A stretch of DNA of 64,000 nt from positions 1 to 64,000 of IMG/VR virus record IMGVR_UViG_3300045049_000070; one strand, 5' to 3'. This document shows, one piece after another, positions 8,313-17,201 of the stretch. The notes under the pieces are model-generated. The model was not told the origin of the DNA. It was given only the letters and a program-made list of their open reading frames with translations, and ran no database searches. Every line of letters starts with the position of its first letter. The stretch's first letter is position 1. Source of the stretch: a virus. The position numbers and the translations under genes are program-made.

Positions 8313-9908
8313 ATGGCAAACACCGAGCAACAAGAAGTTTATACCGACAACCAGATCGATCCGAACAAGGGTCCGATGCGCATCGACGGAGAACCTGTAT
8401 TCAGGTCTGAATACGAGAAAATGACGCAAAGCATTCCGTTCTACACGGACAGCTATAAACCATCAATGGATCCTCAGTATCCACCGGAGGTGGAAACCGT
8501 CCACAGCTATGGAGAATCGCGGGGTGCTCCAGTCGATCATGTGATGATGGCTGGAAACCAAGTCTTCGTCGACAAGTTGGCGGAAGGCACAAACATGCGT
8601 GAAGTCAATTTCGCACGTGAGTATTGGGCAGCGCATGGCGTACCCTTTCCGTACGAAATGTGGAAGACCATCGTCAAAGAATATGGTGGACGAATCCCAC
8701 TGACAATTCGTGCGGTACCAGAAGGGATTCTGATCCCGCCACGTAATCCGCTGGTGACCGTGGAGAACAACGGTGGGCGTGCAACTCGGGCCCTAACCAC
8801 ATGGGTAGAGACGATGGGTCTGTCGTATCTTTGGTACATGTCTACTGTTGCAACAAACGACTACTACCTCAGACAAACAATCGGGAAGTATTACGAATTG
8901 AGTGTCGACGCTGGTCTCTACGATCCAGGTCGTTTATTCCGCGACCACGACTTCGGATGGCGTGGCGTTGCTCCAGGAGCGGGTATTTACGGTGGAGGAG
9001 CGCACACGTTCAACTCGTTGGGCACTGACACATTCGGTTCTATCCCGTTCATGTGTTGGCACTATGGTGCGGCACCGAACGAGGTTGGATTCTCGATTCC
9101 GGCTATGGAGCACAGCACGGTTACTTCGTGGGGCAAGGATCGTGAAAACGACGCGTTCCTCAACATGACGGAAATCTACGCACATTCGAGTCGCCCATAT
9201 GCGATGGTGATAGACAGCTATGATCCGGAACGTGCTGTCGAGTGGATCACCAATCCTGATGGACCGATCGTCAAGATCCTGAAGGAGCGCAATGCCATCT
9301 GTGTGTTGCGTCCTGACAGTGGAAATCCGACCGAACTACTTCCAAAGTTGGCACAGATCGTAGCACGGAACGTTGGTTATACGACCAACAAGAAGGGCTA
9401 CAAGATCTTCAACTACTTCCGATTTATCTGGGGTGATGGTATCACGCACGAAGTCATCAATCGTATCGAGAACATGATGGTGTCTATCATGGGCTTCTCA
9501 GCAGAAAACTTCGCCTTTGGCCAAGGCGGAGCCAAACTCCAGTTGGTAGGTCGTGATGATCTCCAGTTCGCATACAAATGCTCGGCTGTGCGTTTAACCC
9601 ATGGTTCGTGGCGGAATGTCTATAAGCAGCCTGCTGGTATCTTGAACAAGAACTCGAAGATGGGTCTGGTTGAAACATTCGTTCTTGACCCAAGTAATTG
9701 GGAGTACGATGACATTTTGTATGTACGTGACATTCGCGACACCGAATCCATCGAAAGACTGAAGCTCGTTCCATTGATGGAAACTGTGTTCGAAAACGGA
9801 ATAGTGGAAAAACGATGGACCATAAAAGAAGTACGAGCGAACACTGAAAGAATCTACAAGAACGCTCCACAAGGTCACAGCGCTGGCGTTTACCCGCCTT
9901 TGGTGTGA
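8313..9908 (+). CDS. nadV: nicotinamide phosphoribosyltransferase (Nampt/NadV)
   Basis: TDSYKPS, HDFGWRG, GTDT, SIPAMEHS, VIDSYD, LRPDSG, WGDG and FAYKCS motifs. Confidence 0.95.
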   Translation: MANTEQQEVYTDNQIDPNKGPMRIDGEPVFRSEYEKMTQSIPFYTDSYKPSMDPQYPPEVETVHSYGESRGAPVDHVMMAGNQVFVDKLAEGTNMREVNFAREYWAAHGVPFPYEMWKTIVKEYGGRIPLTIRAVPEGILIPPRNPLVTVENNGGRATRALTTWVETMGLSYLWYMSTVATNDYYLRQTIGKYYELSVDAGLYDPGRLFRDHDFGWRGVAPGAGIYGGGAHTFNSLGTDTFGSIPFMCWHYGAAPNEVGFSIPAMEHSTVTSWGKDRENDAFLNMTEIYAHSSRPYAMVIDSYDPERAVEWITNPDGPIVKILKERNAICVLRPDSGNPTELLPKLAQIVARNVGYTTNKKGYKIFNYFRFIWGDGITHEVINRIENMMVSIMGFSAENFAFGQGGAKLQLVGRDDLQFAYKCSAVRLTHGSWRNVYKQPAGILNKNSKMGLVETFVLDPSNWEYDDILYVRDIRDTESIERLKLVPLMETVFENGIVEKRWTIKEVRANTERIYKNAPQGHSAGVYPPLV

Positions 9909-10114
9909 AAACTTCGCAGCTACGCGTTACTACGATGCTAGCTCTACTAACGCTAGTATCTAGTAATACCCCAACTGTCTTTGCACTCAAACGTGAGGAA
10001 GGACAGTTGGATACTAGCTATCCATTAGATTCCTTGTCCGACAGGGATAGGAAGCGTCTTGTCGCTGAATCACGTCGCAAACGCATTCAAGGTCCTAAGA
10101 GAGGAAGGTGGTGA
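9905..10114 (+). CDS. hypothetical protein, possible signal peptide
   Basis: Coupled GTGA start; hydrophobic N-terminus. Confidence 0.5.
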   Translation: MKTSQLRVTTMLALLTLVSSNTPTVFALKREEGQLDTSYPLDSLSDRDRKRLVAESRRKRIQGPKRGRW

Positions 10115-10383
10115 CAATGAGCCGGTACTTACAACGTGTCATCGACATAGCCACACGCTGTGGTTTCAAGATGAAGTTCAATCGCAATCGCAAGAAATGC
10201 ACGTTCACAAACGTGATCAACCAACGAGTAACTATCGAACTTGAGACAGAACTCTACGTCGAAGACGGTGAGATCGTTGTTTGGTTCAACTGTAACGATG
10301 GCATGTCTGGCAATGACTCAGACTACGCTTTCTGGAAGTCATTCAAACGTATGATGACCAATGCGGATGGACTCTCCCTATGA
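10108..10383 (+). CDS. hypothetical protein
   Basis: ORF coupled within the operon. Confidence 0.65.
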   Translation: MVTMSRYLQRVIDIATRCGFKMKFNRNRKKCTFTNVINQRVTIELETELYVEDGEIVVWFNCNDGMSGNDSDYAFWKSFKRMMTNADGLSL

Positions 10384-10583
10384 GTCGCACGAAGAACACT
10401 ACCAAACGACGAACCGTCAATCGCTTTAAGGACGGTGAGCGCGCGGAACACGATCCAGCGTTTAGCGGTGAACGTTATGGCAATCGTCGTAAAGACGTGA
10501 AGAAGGTGAAACGAGCTGTCAGCAAAGCGCTTCGCGGACAACAGAAGAAGGTTGATAGAAAGGAAATTAAAGATGTCAACTGA
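10380..10583 (+). CDS. small, very basic protein (MSRT start)
   Basis: Lys/Arg-rich 67 aa; ATGA coupling. Confidence 0.65.
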   Translation: MSRTKNTTKRRTVNRFKDGERAEHDPAFSGERYGNRRKDVKKVKRAVSKALRGQQKKVDRKEIKDVN

Positions 10584-10770
10584 AACGCCCGAGGAAGTCC
10601 AATGGCGTAATATCCGCAAAGTTGTCAAAGCGCTTGCTGATCATTGTTTTGGCAGTCCTGACGATCCCAAGTACGGACTCTACCATGTAGCACTGACGAC
10701 CAGCTTGACAGCAAAAGACGGTCCTACCTTCCAACTAGAGCCACTTCCGAAGTCAAAGGACAAGAAATGA
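10552..10770 (+). CDS. hypothetical protein
   Basis: Probable start at MSTETP after an AAGGA RBS. Confidence 0.55.
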   Translation: MIERKLKMSTETPEEVQWRNIRKVVKALADHCFGSPDDPKYGLYHVALTTSLTAKDGPTFQLEPLPKSKDKK

Positions 10771-11072
10771 ATAAGGACATGCACGATTTAGAACTCTATT
10801 TGTGGAACTTTGGTACCATTTTTGGACTAATGCTCACAGCTGCTGCGATCGTTAACCTTCACCTAACCGGATACAACCTAATTGCAATCTTCGCTTTGCT
10901 ATGGGTTGCGGGTGCAATGATTGATGTTTGCTTAATGGTAAGCTGCGCGGCAATCGTGGGATTTAAACGCTTGCGAGACCTCGGCTGGCTCAGTCCTAAA
11001 CTACATCTGCGTCGCATCACTTGTGTTGCCCTCTGTATGTATGCCATGAAGATGTTGACCCTTCTAACATAG
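10767..11072 (+). CDS. membrane protein
   Basis: Two to three hydrophobic segments. Confidence 0.65.
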   Translation: MNKDMHDLELYLWNFGTIFGLMLTAAAIVNLHLTGYNLIAIFALLWVAGAMIDVCLMVSCAAIVGFKRLRDLGWLSPKLHLRRITCVALCMYAMKMLTLLT

Positions 11073-11079
11073 GACCAAA

Positions 11080-11523
11080 ATGGATAACGCAAGACGGATG
11101 GAAGATGTGGTTGCCAAACTTTGCATCGACATTTGGGACGAAACGCCACAGAATCACGTGTGCGGCCTGATCGAGGAAGTGATGGAGGCTGCGGCCGAAA
11201 CTCATCTTCTTACTGAGCAAGAAGCGATTGCTGTGGCAACAGCAGCTATCAAGAGGGCGTGGGCGTCAACTATGCTTGGAGATCCAAGAGTCTATGACGA
11301 ACAAGCGCACAAACGACGAATTAACTCAGAACTCAACGATGTCGTCACAATGGCTTGTGTGGTGCGCCAAACGTCAGGCAGTCCTCAACTTGCAACTGAA
11401 TCGTTCGTATCATCTGCGCTTGACAAGCTAATGGTGATCACCCAGAAGGCATTAAATCATAATGGACTCAAAGAGTTGATGCAGAAGCTTGATCGAAAGA
11501 GAGAACAAGGAATTCGGTTGTGA
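11080..11523 (+). CDS. MazG-like (all-alpha NTP pyrophosphatase) protein
   Basis: GLIEEVMEAAAE ... NSELNDVV fits the EExxE...ExxD pattern. Confidence 0.5.
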   Translation: MDNARRMEDVVAKLCIDIWDETPQNHVCGLIEEVMEAAAETHLLTEQEAIAVATAAIKRAWASTMLGDPRVYDEQAHKRRINSELNDVVTMACVVRQTSGSPQLATESFVSSALDKLMVITQKALNHNGLKELMQKLDRKREQGIRL

Positions 11524-11939
11524 ACTTCATTAATCTATGGAACGAAATCAAGAACACGTTGCCGCACGTAGATACTTCTGAGTGGAGCCTTACCGACGAA
11601 CAGATTTCGATTATCAACCAGATAAACGTTTGCAAACGAAGGATGCGATCGTCATACTACTGGATTCAGCTGATGGTCATTTTGTTCATCTCTCTAACCT
11701 TATGCATGACAGTCCTGCAAGAAGACCAAGCATTTATTGCCGTCACGTTCAGACTAGTAATGGCCTTTGCTGTAGGATTCGGATTCTCTAAGATAATCCG
11801 TCTTGCAGAGGCACACGATCAATTCGTTCAGCTGCATGCTCAGTTGATGAACACTAGCCCTCCGTTACCCGGAGCACCGGGATACGTTGAACCTTTACCC
11901 GAAGGAATAAATGATGGGCGTAGAACCGAAACCACCTGA
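11520..11939 (+). CDS. two-TM membrane protein
   Basis: Two hydrophobic helices and a Pro-rich tail. Confidence 0.65.
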   Translation: MNFINLWNEIKNTLPHVDTSEWSLTDEQISIINQINVCKRRMRSSYYWIQLMVILFISLTLCMTVLQEDQAFIAVTFRLVMAFAVGFGFSKIIRLAEAHDQFVQLHAQLMNTSPPLPGAPGYVEPLPEGINDGRRTETT

Positions 11940-11978
11940 CAAATATCTACGCGGTGGAGACCATCATTGGCTTGAAGA

Positions 11979-12197
11979 ATGGAAGAAGGTGTTTTACGAA
12001 TTAGCACAGACATCTATCAAACGCAACACATGAACTTCTTCAAAAAGCTGCTATATCAACGCATACAAAAGCGGAATGCGCGTAAGATGCGTGAACACAT
12101 CATAGAGATGCAACGTTGCACTCCGAATGTGCCTGAAAACGAGAGGCTAAGAACTCTCCTATATCAAGTCCGTCGTGAGCTCGAAGCACGAATGTAG
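11979..12197 (+). CDS. hypothetical protein
   Basis: Last + ORF before the terminator; start uncertain. Confidence 0.5.
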   Translation: MEEGVLRISTDIYQTQHMNFFKKLLYQRIQKRNARKMREHIIEMQRCTPNVPENERLRTLLYQVRRELEARM

Positions 12198-12219
12198 AGA
12201 GAATGGAATGTCCAAAAGA

Positions 12220-12255
12220 AAAGCCCTGTAGATGATGAGTCTACAGGGCTTTGTC
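12220..12255. terminator. bidirectional rho-independent terminator
   Basis: AAAGCCCTGTAGA-TGATGAG-TCTACAGGGCTTT between convergent genes. Confidence 0.85.
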
Positions 12256-12274
12256 ATTTGCGCCTCTGATTTTA

Positions 12275-13000
12275 TCAGGCTGTCTCAGCGTTCAGTTCTT
12301 TAAGAACTGCCTTAAGGTGTTTCATTACCTTGGTCTTGTTCGTGAACTCACGACTCAAAAACGCCAGATCTGCTTTACGCAAGTTACTGATGTTCTTAAG
12401 TTTGGCAACTATTTGAGTTTCGCTCATTTCGTCTTCATGAGCTCGCGCCACAAGATTCTGCACCTTGATCGAAGGTCCCTTCTTTGGCTTCGTTTCTGTA
12501 GTTTTTGTTGCCTGAGCCTGAGCTTTAGGGGCCTTCTTTTTTGATCCTTCGGTAGCCACGTCGAAGAAATCGTCTTCGTCGTCTTCGCCGACGCCAGACG
12601 ATTGTTCTGCCATCACACCAGCTTTCTTCAGCGCCATTCTGGCTTTTTGTTCTTCGTTGCGAAGTCTAGTAATTTCTTCCTTCGCTTCTTCTGTAGAAAG
12701 CAAAACAGCTGCATACTCTGGAGTAACTAATTTCAGCAGACGCGTGTTGATCGTCTTACGGAAATCAGCCGAATCCAGCACTTGCATTCGCGGAACCTGC
12801 TGCGTAATGTCAAAAGGAATAAACGACTTTGGCACCCTGACGATATCTGCGCCATTACCATTTTTCTTCGGGATAGAGATAACGACTTTACCTTCAAGGG
12901 AGTCACGTGTGTTATTCAAAACCCATACTGGACCGCGATCTGCTTTCTCCAGCTCTTCAAGAGTTGTCCATTTACGACCGCGGGAAATTACTTCTGCCAT
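12275..13000 (-). CDS. hypothetical phage protein
   Basis: 241 aa ORF, AGGA RBS, acidic patch EDDEDDFFD. Confidence 0.85.
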   Translation of the reverse strand: MAEVISRGRKWTTLEELEKADRGPVWVLNNTRDSLEGKVVISIPKKNGNGADIVRVPKSFIPFDITQQVPRMQVLDSADFRKTINTRLLKLVTPEYAAVLLSTEEAKEEITRLRNEEQKARMALKKAGVMAEQSSGVGEDDEDDFFDVATEGSKKKAPKAQAQATKTTETKPKKGPSIKVQNLVARAHEDEMSETQIVAKLKNISNLRKADLAFLSREFTNKTKVMKHLKAVLKELNAETA

Positions 13001-13063
13001 AGATTGTGTATCCTAACTGTAGATTGTTGAAAATGACGTGCCCCGCTGTTCGCGTTTATTGGT

Positions 13064-13573
13064 CTACAGTTTGATTGACGCTAATGACTCTCTTACGTCA
13101 TTTAGCTTGAATGTTGACCCTGTTCGTTGTGCCCATTTTGTGAATCGTTTTGGCGACCAGAATTTCTTTTGTTGATTTGGTGCCAATCCAAACACAGTGC
13201 TGAGTACGACGCTAACGTGGCTGTCCTTCTCATTTACAGTTTCACCCACCTTGATGGGCGGAAAGTCTACAACTTGGCTATTCTTTTCAATATGTCTCGG
13301 AAATGATTGTCGGATATATTCAGCATATCTGTCGATTGCCAGTCCGAGTTTGATATTCTTGGTCGCCGCCGTCGCTGCGGTCCTCACCTTGAATGTCTTT
13401 TCCCCTTTTATCGCAGCAATTGTTTGAACGTCGACCCCATCGTCACTCAGTTCTTGAAATCCGCATTGCCCATTTCCACGTCGATAACAACATTTTACGG
13501 GACACAAACTGACCGTCAGTTCTAGATGCTCAAGTCCGCAATACACCTCAGACACCATTTCCTTTTGCAGCAA
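13064..13573 (-). CDS. hypothetical protein with Cys cluster
   Basis: CPVKCCY...C. Confidence 0.7.
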   Translation of the reverse strand: MLQKEMVSEVYCGLEHLELTVSLCPVKCCYRRGNGQCGFQELSDDGVDVQTIAAIKGEKTFKVRTAATAATKNIKLGLAIDRYAEYIRQSFPRHIEKNSQVVDFPPIKVGETVNEKDSHVSVVLSTVFGLAPNQQKKFWSPKRFTKWAQRTGSTFKLNDVRESLASIKL

Positions 13574-13748
13574 TCTTAGCGATTCTCACTTCGACTTCTA
13601 CAATTCCACATTCTGAACATTCAGGTTGCTCTCTTTTCAGGTCATCTTCAGATGCGAATATCGTTACTCCACCTTTGGCTTCACCAAGTTCATACCGGAA
13701 ACTTGTGGAACACATAAATCCCTTTCGAATATCAGTATTATCGTTCAT
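13548..13748 (-). CDS. small hypothetical protein
   Basis: Coupled to the ruvC-like stop; CSECGIVEVEV. Confidence 0.6.
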   Translation of the reverse strand: MNDNTDIRKGFMCSTSFRYELGEAKGGVTIFASEDDLKREQPECSECGIVEVEVRIAKIAAKGNGV

Positions 13749-14368
13749 CTTTCGTTCTTTCTGTTGTAGAGTTTCGCTGTGCTTGTGTCTTCAACTTGGG
13801 TCATTAGACGATAGAATCGCTTCCGACCCATGGTCCCAAAATCTTTCTGTCCCAGAGCTTGATGCAACGCGTACACGCCAATTAGGCTTGCATCTAATTG
13901 GTGAGGTGCCGTCTTGCACAGACGATATTCATCTTTCAGCTCAATTCCATGACGAGCAACCGCGTTCTTCCACACAGCTGCCGGAATATACGCGTCTGGC
14001 AATCCTAGCGATTGCAATAAGCCGAGCATCATGTTCACGGCTTCAACAGTCGGTCCTTTGATGCCTCGTGTCATATATCGTTCGCCATAAATCCCCCTTG
14101 GCTTCCATCTGTCCACCATTTCTGTTGCCCATTCGAGAAACGCACGACTCTGTTCCTGTCGCTCCCTGTGATCCTTCAGGTTATTTATCGGACACGGACA
14201 TAATCCATTGATCAGCACGTCGAATTTTACTCGATCGTCAATCAATCGGCCTTCAACGATCGAAAATCCATAGTTCTTGGAACCCGGGTCGTGGGCAAAG
14301 ATTCTTAGCGCATTTTTGTTCTGTGATCTGGTGGACATAGCATTCTCATTTACAAAGCGGACTTGCAT
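13745..14368 (-). CDS. ruvC: RuvC-like Holliday junction resolvase
   Basis: IFAHDPGSKNYG, YGERY, WK and HQLDA catalytic pattern; true start may be MSTRSQ at about 14338. Confidence 0.75.
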   Translation of the reverse strand: MQVRFVNENAMSTRSQNKNALRIFAHDPGSKNYGFSIVEGRLIDDRVKFDVLINGLCPCPINNLKDHRERQEQSRAFLEWATEMVDRWKPRGIYGERYMTRGIKGPTVEAVNMMLGLLQSLGLPDAYIPAAVWKNAVARHGIELKDEYRLCKTAPHQLDASLIGVYALHQALGQKDFGTMGRKRFYRLMTQVEDTSTAKLYNRKNER

Positions 14369-14377
14369 CCTGGGCCT

Positions 14378-14387
14378 TAATTTGATT
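14378..14387 (+). promoter_or_regulatory. putative late-promoter motif TAATTTGATT
   Basis: Exact copies at 16423, 29428 and 36691; one-mismatch copies at 17105 and 62869; all lie just upstream of gene starts. Confidence 0.65.
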
Positions 14388-14419
14388 CAGTATTAAATTG
14401 CAGTCCAGGAGCTGAGAAC

Positions 14420-15691
14420 GTGCCTTTTCAACGCCGCTCGAACAATAAAATCCTTCCGCCAAATAGTCGCACAGCGGATGTGGCTCGGAAGACGCTGGAT
14501 GCTCTGGTTCCAGTCCAACAGCGAAAATATGCGAACGCATTCAAAGCAAATGGATATGAAACGTTGGTCTACAGTAGATTGAAACACGGAACTCCGTGTT
14601 CATGTCAATCTTCTAGACGAGCACAGGCCAGCATTCTTGACGAGCAAACAGGAAAATTGAAGAAAGGCCAGATGGAGAAAATATTGACCGGAGGACTATC
14701 TTTCCGTGTCAATCCATACGGCGTAAAAGAACCGATGCGTGACGATCTGCGTGCCCCTCGTGGTGGTCAATCTCAACCCCGAGACGAGCAGATTTATGAC
14801 GTGCTAGACAACAGTAAACCAGTTGCTGATTGGGAATTAGAGGACGACGTACTCGATAATCCTAATGCGACAGTCACTAGGGCAGCGAATGGTGACGAAG
14901 ATGATGCACAGGCTGATATTGTTGATCAAACAGCAGATGATGCTAGCGAGCTGGTGGACATTGAAGCGTATGCTAATGACAGCAAATGCGCAGTTTGTTT
15001 CGGGACCGGATATGTCGGTGGATTTACGTTGCTGAACGGATTGCGCTTAGTGATATGCACACAATGGCCTGCCATCTCCAATCTGGTGGGAACTATTGAA
15101 CCAAACCGTGTTCCGCATTCATTCTTTACGACAGATGTGTCGTTTACCGTCACGTTACCAAAAGGAGTGATTGGTGTTGATGCATTCAGATTGTGGAACA
15201 ACGATTTGCAGATTCACCCACTGACCATCACAATTGACGGTCTTTCGTATTCGATGGACTTGTTAAGAGCGTTTTGTGACGGACGTCCGCATACGTTCAG
15301 ATTCCAGTTTGAACGCCTGACGTATTTCACGCACGTAGAGCTCCAATTCAATTTGTCGGCCATTCCTGCTCTATTCGATTTCCCACGCGGGACGTTTGGA
15401 GCAAACATGCAGAACGTGGAAAATTTGGAGGACATGCAGTTGTATGCGAGTCCAGAGATTCCAAACATCGAACGTGAAGACATGCTGGTCGAATGTACGT
15501 TGGGGAAGGCATTGGTCGTCAGTTCAGTAACTGATTGGAAGACCAACAAACGTGATATTCTGGGCTGGGACGTGAACGTGCGTGCGCTCCAACCATCAGA
15601 ACTATTGAACTTGCTCCCACGTCGTCACCCAACGCATCAGAAATCCACTTACATGATAAGAGACAATATTGATGGTGGACGGAGAACGTAA
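14420..15691 (+). CDS. putative virion neck/head-completion protein with Zn-binding motif
   Basis: CSC ... CAVCFGTGYVGG; first gene after the late motif; AGGAG RBS. Confidence 0.55.
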   Translation: MPFQRRSNNKILPPNSRTADVARKTLDALVPVQQRKYANAFKANGYETLVYSRLKHGTPCSCQSSRRAQASILDEQTGKLKKGQMEKILTGGLSFRVNPYGVKEPMRDDLRAPRGGQSQPRDEQIYDVLDNSKPVADWELEDDVLDNPNATVTRAANGDEDDAQADIVDQTADDASELVDIEAYANDSKCAVCFGTGYVGGFTLLNGLRLVICTQWPAISNLVGTIEPNRVPHSFFTTDVSFTVTLPKGVIGVDAFRLWNNDLQIHPLTITIDGLSYSMDLLRAFCDGRPHTFRFQFERLTYFTHVELQFNLSAIPALFDFPRGTFGANMQNVENLEDMQLYASPEIPNIEREDMLVECTLGKALVVSSVTDWKTNKRDILGWDVNVRALQPSELLNLLPRRHPTHQKSTYMIRDNIDGGRRT

Positions 15692-16167
15692 TGCCAATCA
15701 CGAACAAGACTGTAGATTTGTGGTCACAAGTTCAACTGAAGGTCGATGGACGTCCTGTCAAAAGCGGTGATTTCTATGACATCAGTTATGATGTTTATCT
15801 GGATAACGAGTATGTCGGTTATTTGATCTCGGACTACGCATTGAATACTACTGTCCAGAATTTCTTAGACAAATTGGCTCCAGATCAATCACGATTAGCT
15901 GATGTTATGTCTGCTGTTCCTTCACGATATAGATTCAACTACTATTATCTGAACTACCTAGAAATCAAAAGAAAGTGGCAAGGTCAGGGAATAGGTGGAA
16001 TCGCGTTGCAGAAATGGTTTTCCAAGTTGAAGTCCCCAGCGATGGTTGGATTAACGCCCGCAAAGATTGCGAATGTCCCAGTAGATATCGTCCGTAAGTT
16101 CTATCTTAAGAATGGATTCAAGAAAGTAAATCCGCATTATTTTGTCACTTTCATTAAGAGCAAATAG
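15691..16167 (+). CDS. GNAT-family acetyltransferase with MPITNK leader
   Basis: YLEIKRKWQGQGIG (acetyl-CoA motif A) and KFYLKNGF (motif B). Confidence 0.8.
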   Translation: MPITNKTVDLWSQVQLKVDGRPVKSGDFYDISYDVYLDNEYVGYLISDYALNTTVQNFLDKLAPDQSRLADVMSAVPSRYRFNYYYLNYLEIKRKWQGQGIGGIALQKWFSKLKSPAMVGLTPAKIANVPVDIVRKFYLKNGFKKVNPHYFVTFIKSK

Positions 16168-16168
16168 T

Positions 16169-16405
16169 ATGGAAACCGTTTACGCTAACATTAGACGATT
16201 GGGTCGTATTCTAGCCGTGGCAAATAATCGTGGAATCGGTGAAGGGCTCGATAATCCATTTGCAACCGAAGCCGATATTCTCAACGATGATGTGGGAACC
16301 CAAGAAGAATATGAACATGCTGATCGTATGGGATTAAATGGACGTCCGATCGAAAAACCCACGGGAACAGGCATGGATCGAGAATCTATGGGGATGCAAT
16401 CGTGA
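16169..16405 (+). CDS. small hypothetical protein
   Basis: METVYANIRRLGRILAVA..., ATG 2 nt after the upstream stop. Confidence 0.55.
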   Translation: METVYANIRRLGRILAVANNRGIGEGLDNPFATEADILNDDVGTQEEYEHADRMGLNGRPIEKPTGTGMDRESMGMQS

Positions 16406-16420
16406 TCGGCATTTCGTGTG

Positions 16421-16535
16421 GGTAATTTGATTCCATACACAAGATAGTTGGGTGGCGGTGGTTGGACCAGAATTCATTCTGGAAACCGTTCCGTTCCGTC
16501 GTCATTCACTTAGGATTAGGAAATTATGGCGATCA
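16421..16535 (+). repeat. promoter/structured 5' leader, copy 1 (direct repeat)
   Basis: 30-nt exact match GATTCCATACACAAGATAGTTGGGTGGCGG plus CGTCATTCA and AGGAAATTATGGCGATCA shared with 17103-17201. Confidence 0.9.
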
Positions 16536-17107
16536 CTAATCGTCCAGAGACTGCTGAGACCTATAAAGACTATATTGAGATTCTGAAAAGGAAATATAAA
16601 CTGCGAGTATTAGGTGATGGAGCGTTCGGAACAGTGTTCCAGCACCCCACCTTGAAGAACGTAGCAGTGAAGGTCTACAGACAAGTGAAATGGATGTCAG
16701 CAACCAAATGGTTGGAATGGTGCAAGAAGCATCCGGAGAATCCTTACGTTCCTAAGATCTATAAGGTTGATTCTCTCCAAATAGAACAAGAAGGCTATCA
16801 ACGATACCTGCATAACGTGGTGTTTATGGAGAAACTATCTCGCGTTTCATCCACCTTTGTCGACGAGGTTCTTCAGAAAACAGGAGCATCAACCCATGTC
16901 TTGTATAAGACAGTTGATGAAGGAAGACTTGTGTACGAATTCTATTCGGATTCACGCAAGAATGTTCGTACTCTGAAAGACAAGAAATTGGCAGAAGTGC
17001 TATTGGCGATAGATCAGTTTGGCGATCAGTCTGATGGAACAGATTTGCGATATTCAAATTTCCTTCGTCGGGATCAACAATTGGTGTTCGTTGATCCTGT
17101 GAGGTAA
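16526..17107 (+). CDS. Ser/Thr protein kinase (T7 gp0.7-like) with MAITNR leader
   Basis: LGDGAFGTVFQHP..VAVKV, PYVPKIY, DLRYSNF, FVDPV. Confidence 0.8.
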   Translation: MAITNRPETAETYKDYIEILKRKYKLRVLGDGAFGTVFQHPTLKNVAVKVYRQVKWMSATKWLEWCKKHPENPYVPKIYKVDSLQIEQEGYQRYLHNVVFMEKLSRVSSTFVDEVLQKTGASTHVLYKTVDEGRLVYEFYSDSRKNVRTLKDKKLAEVLLAIDQFGDQSDGTDLRYSNFLRRDQQLVFVDPVR

Positions 17108-17201
17108 TTGGATTCCATACACAAGATAGTTGGGTGGCGGCTTCGATTTGATTTATCGAAAACCGAACCGCCGTCATTCATAGAGGAAATTATGGCGATC
17201 A
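17103..17201 (+). repeat. promoter/structured 5' leader, copy 2 (direct repeat)
   Basis: Matches copy 1; the kinase TAA stop is the start of the TAATTGGATT motif. Confidence 0.9.

Noticed and set aside
17108-17191. N-terminal extension of the 435-aa ORF; similar over-long starts at 20347, 22206, 23860, 26466 and 29432
   Set aside because: These extensions run through promoter/UTR sequence or upstream genes; downstream ATGs have a better RBS, coupling or the shared leader.
16421-17201. Direct repeats as a mini-CRISPR, IS ends or attachment sites
   Set aside because: Only two copies, separated by a full gene; they contain promoter, RBS and start codon, and no cas, transposase or integrase gene is in the window.
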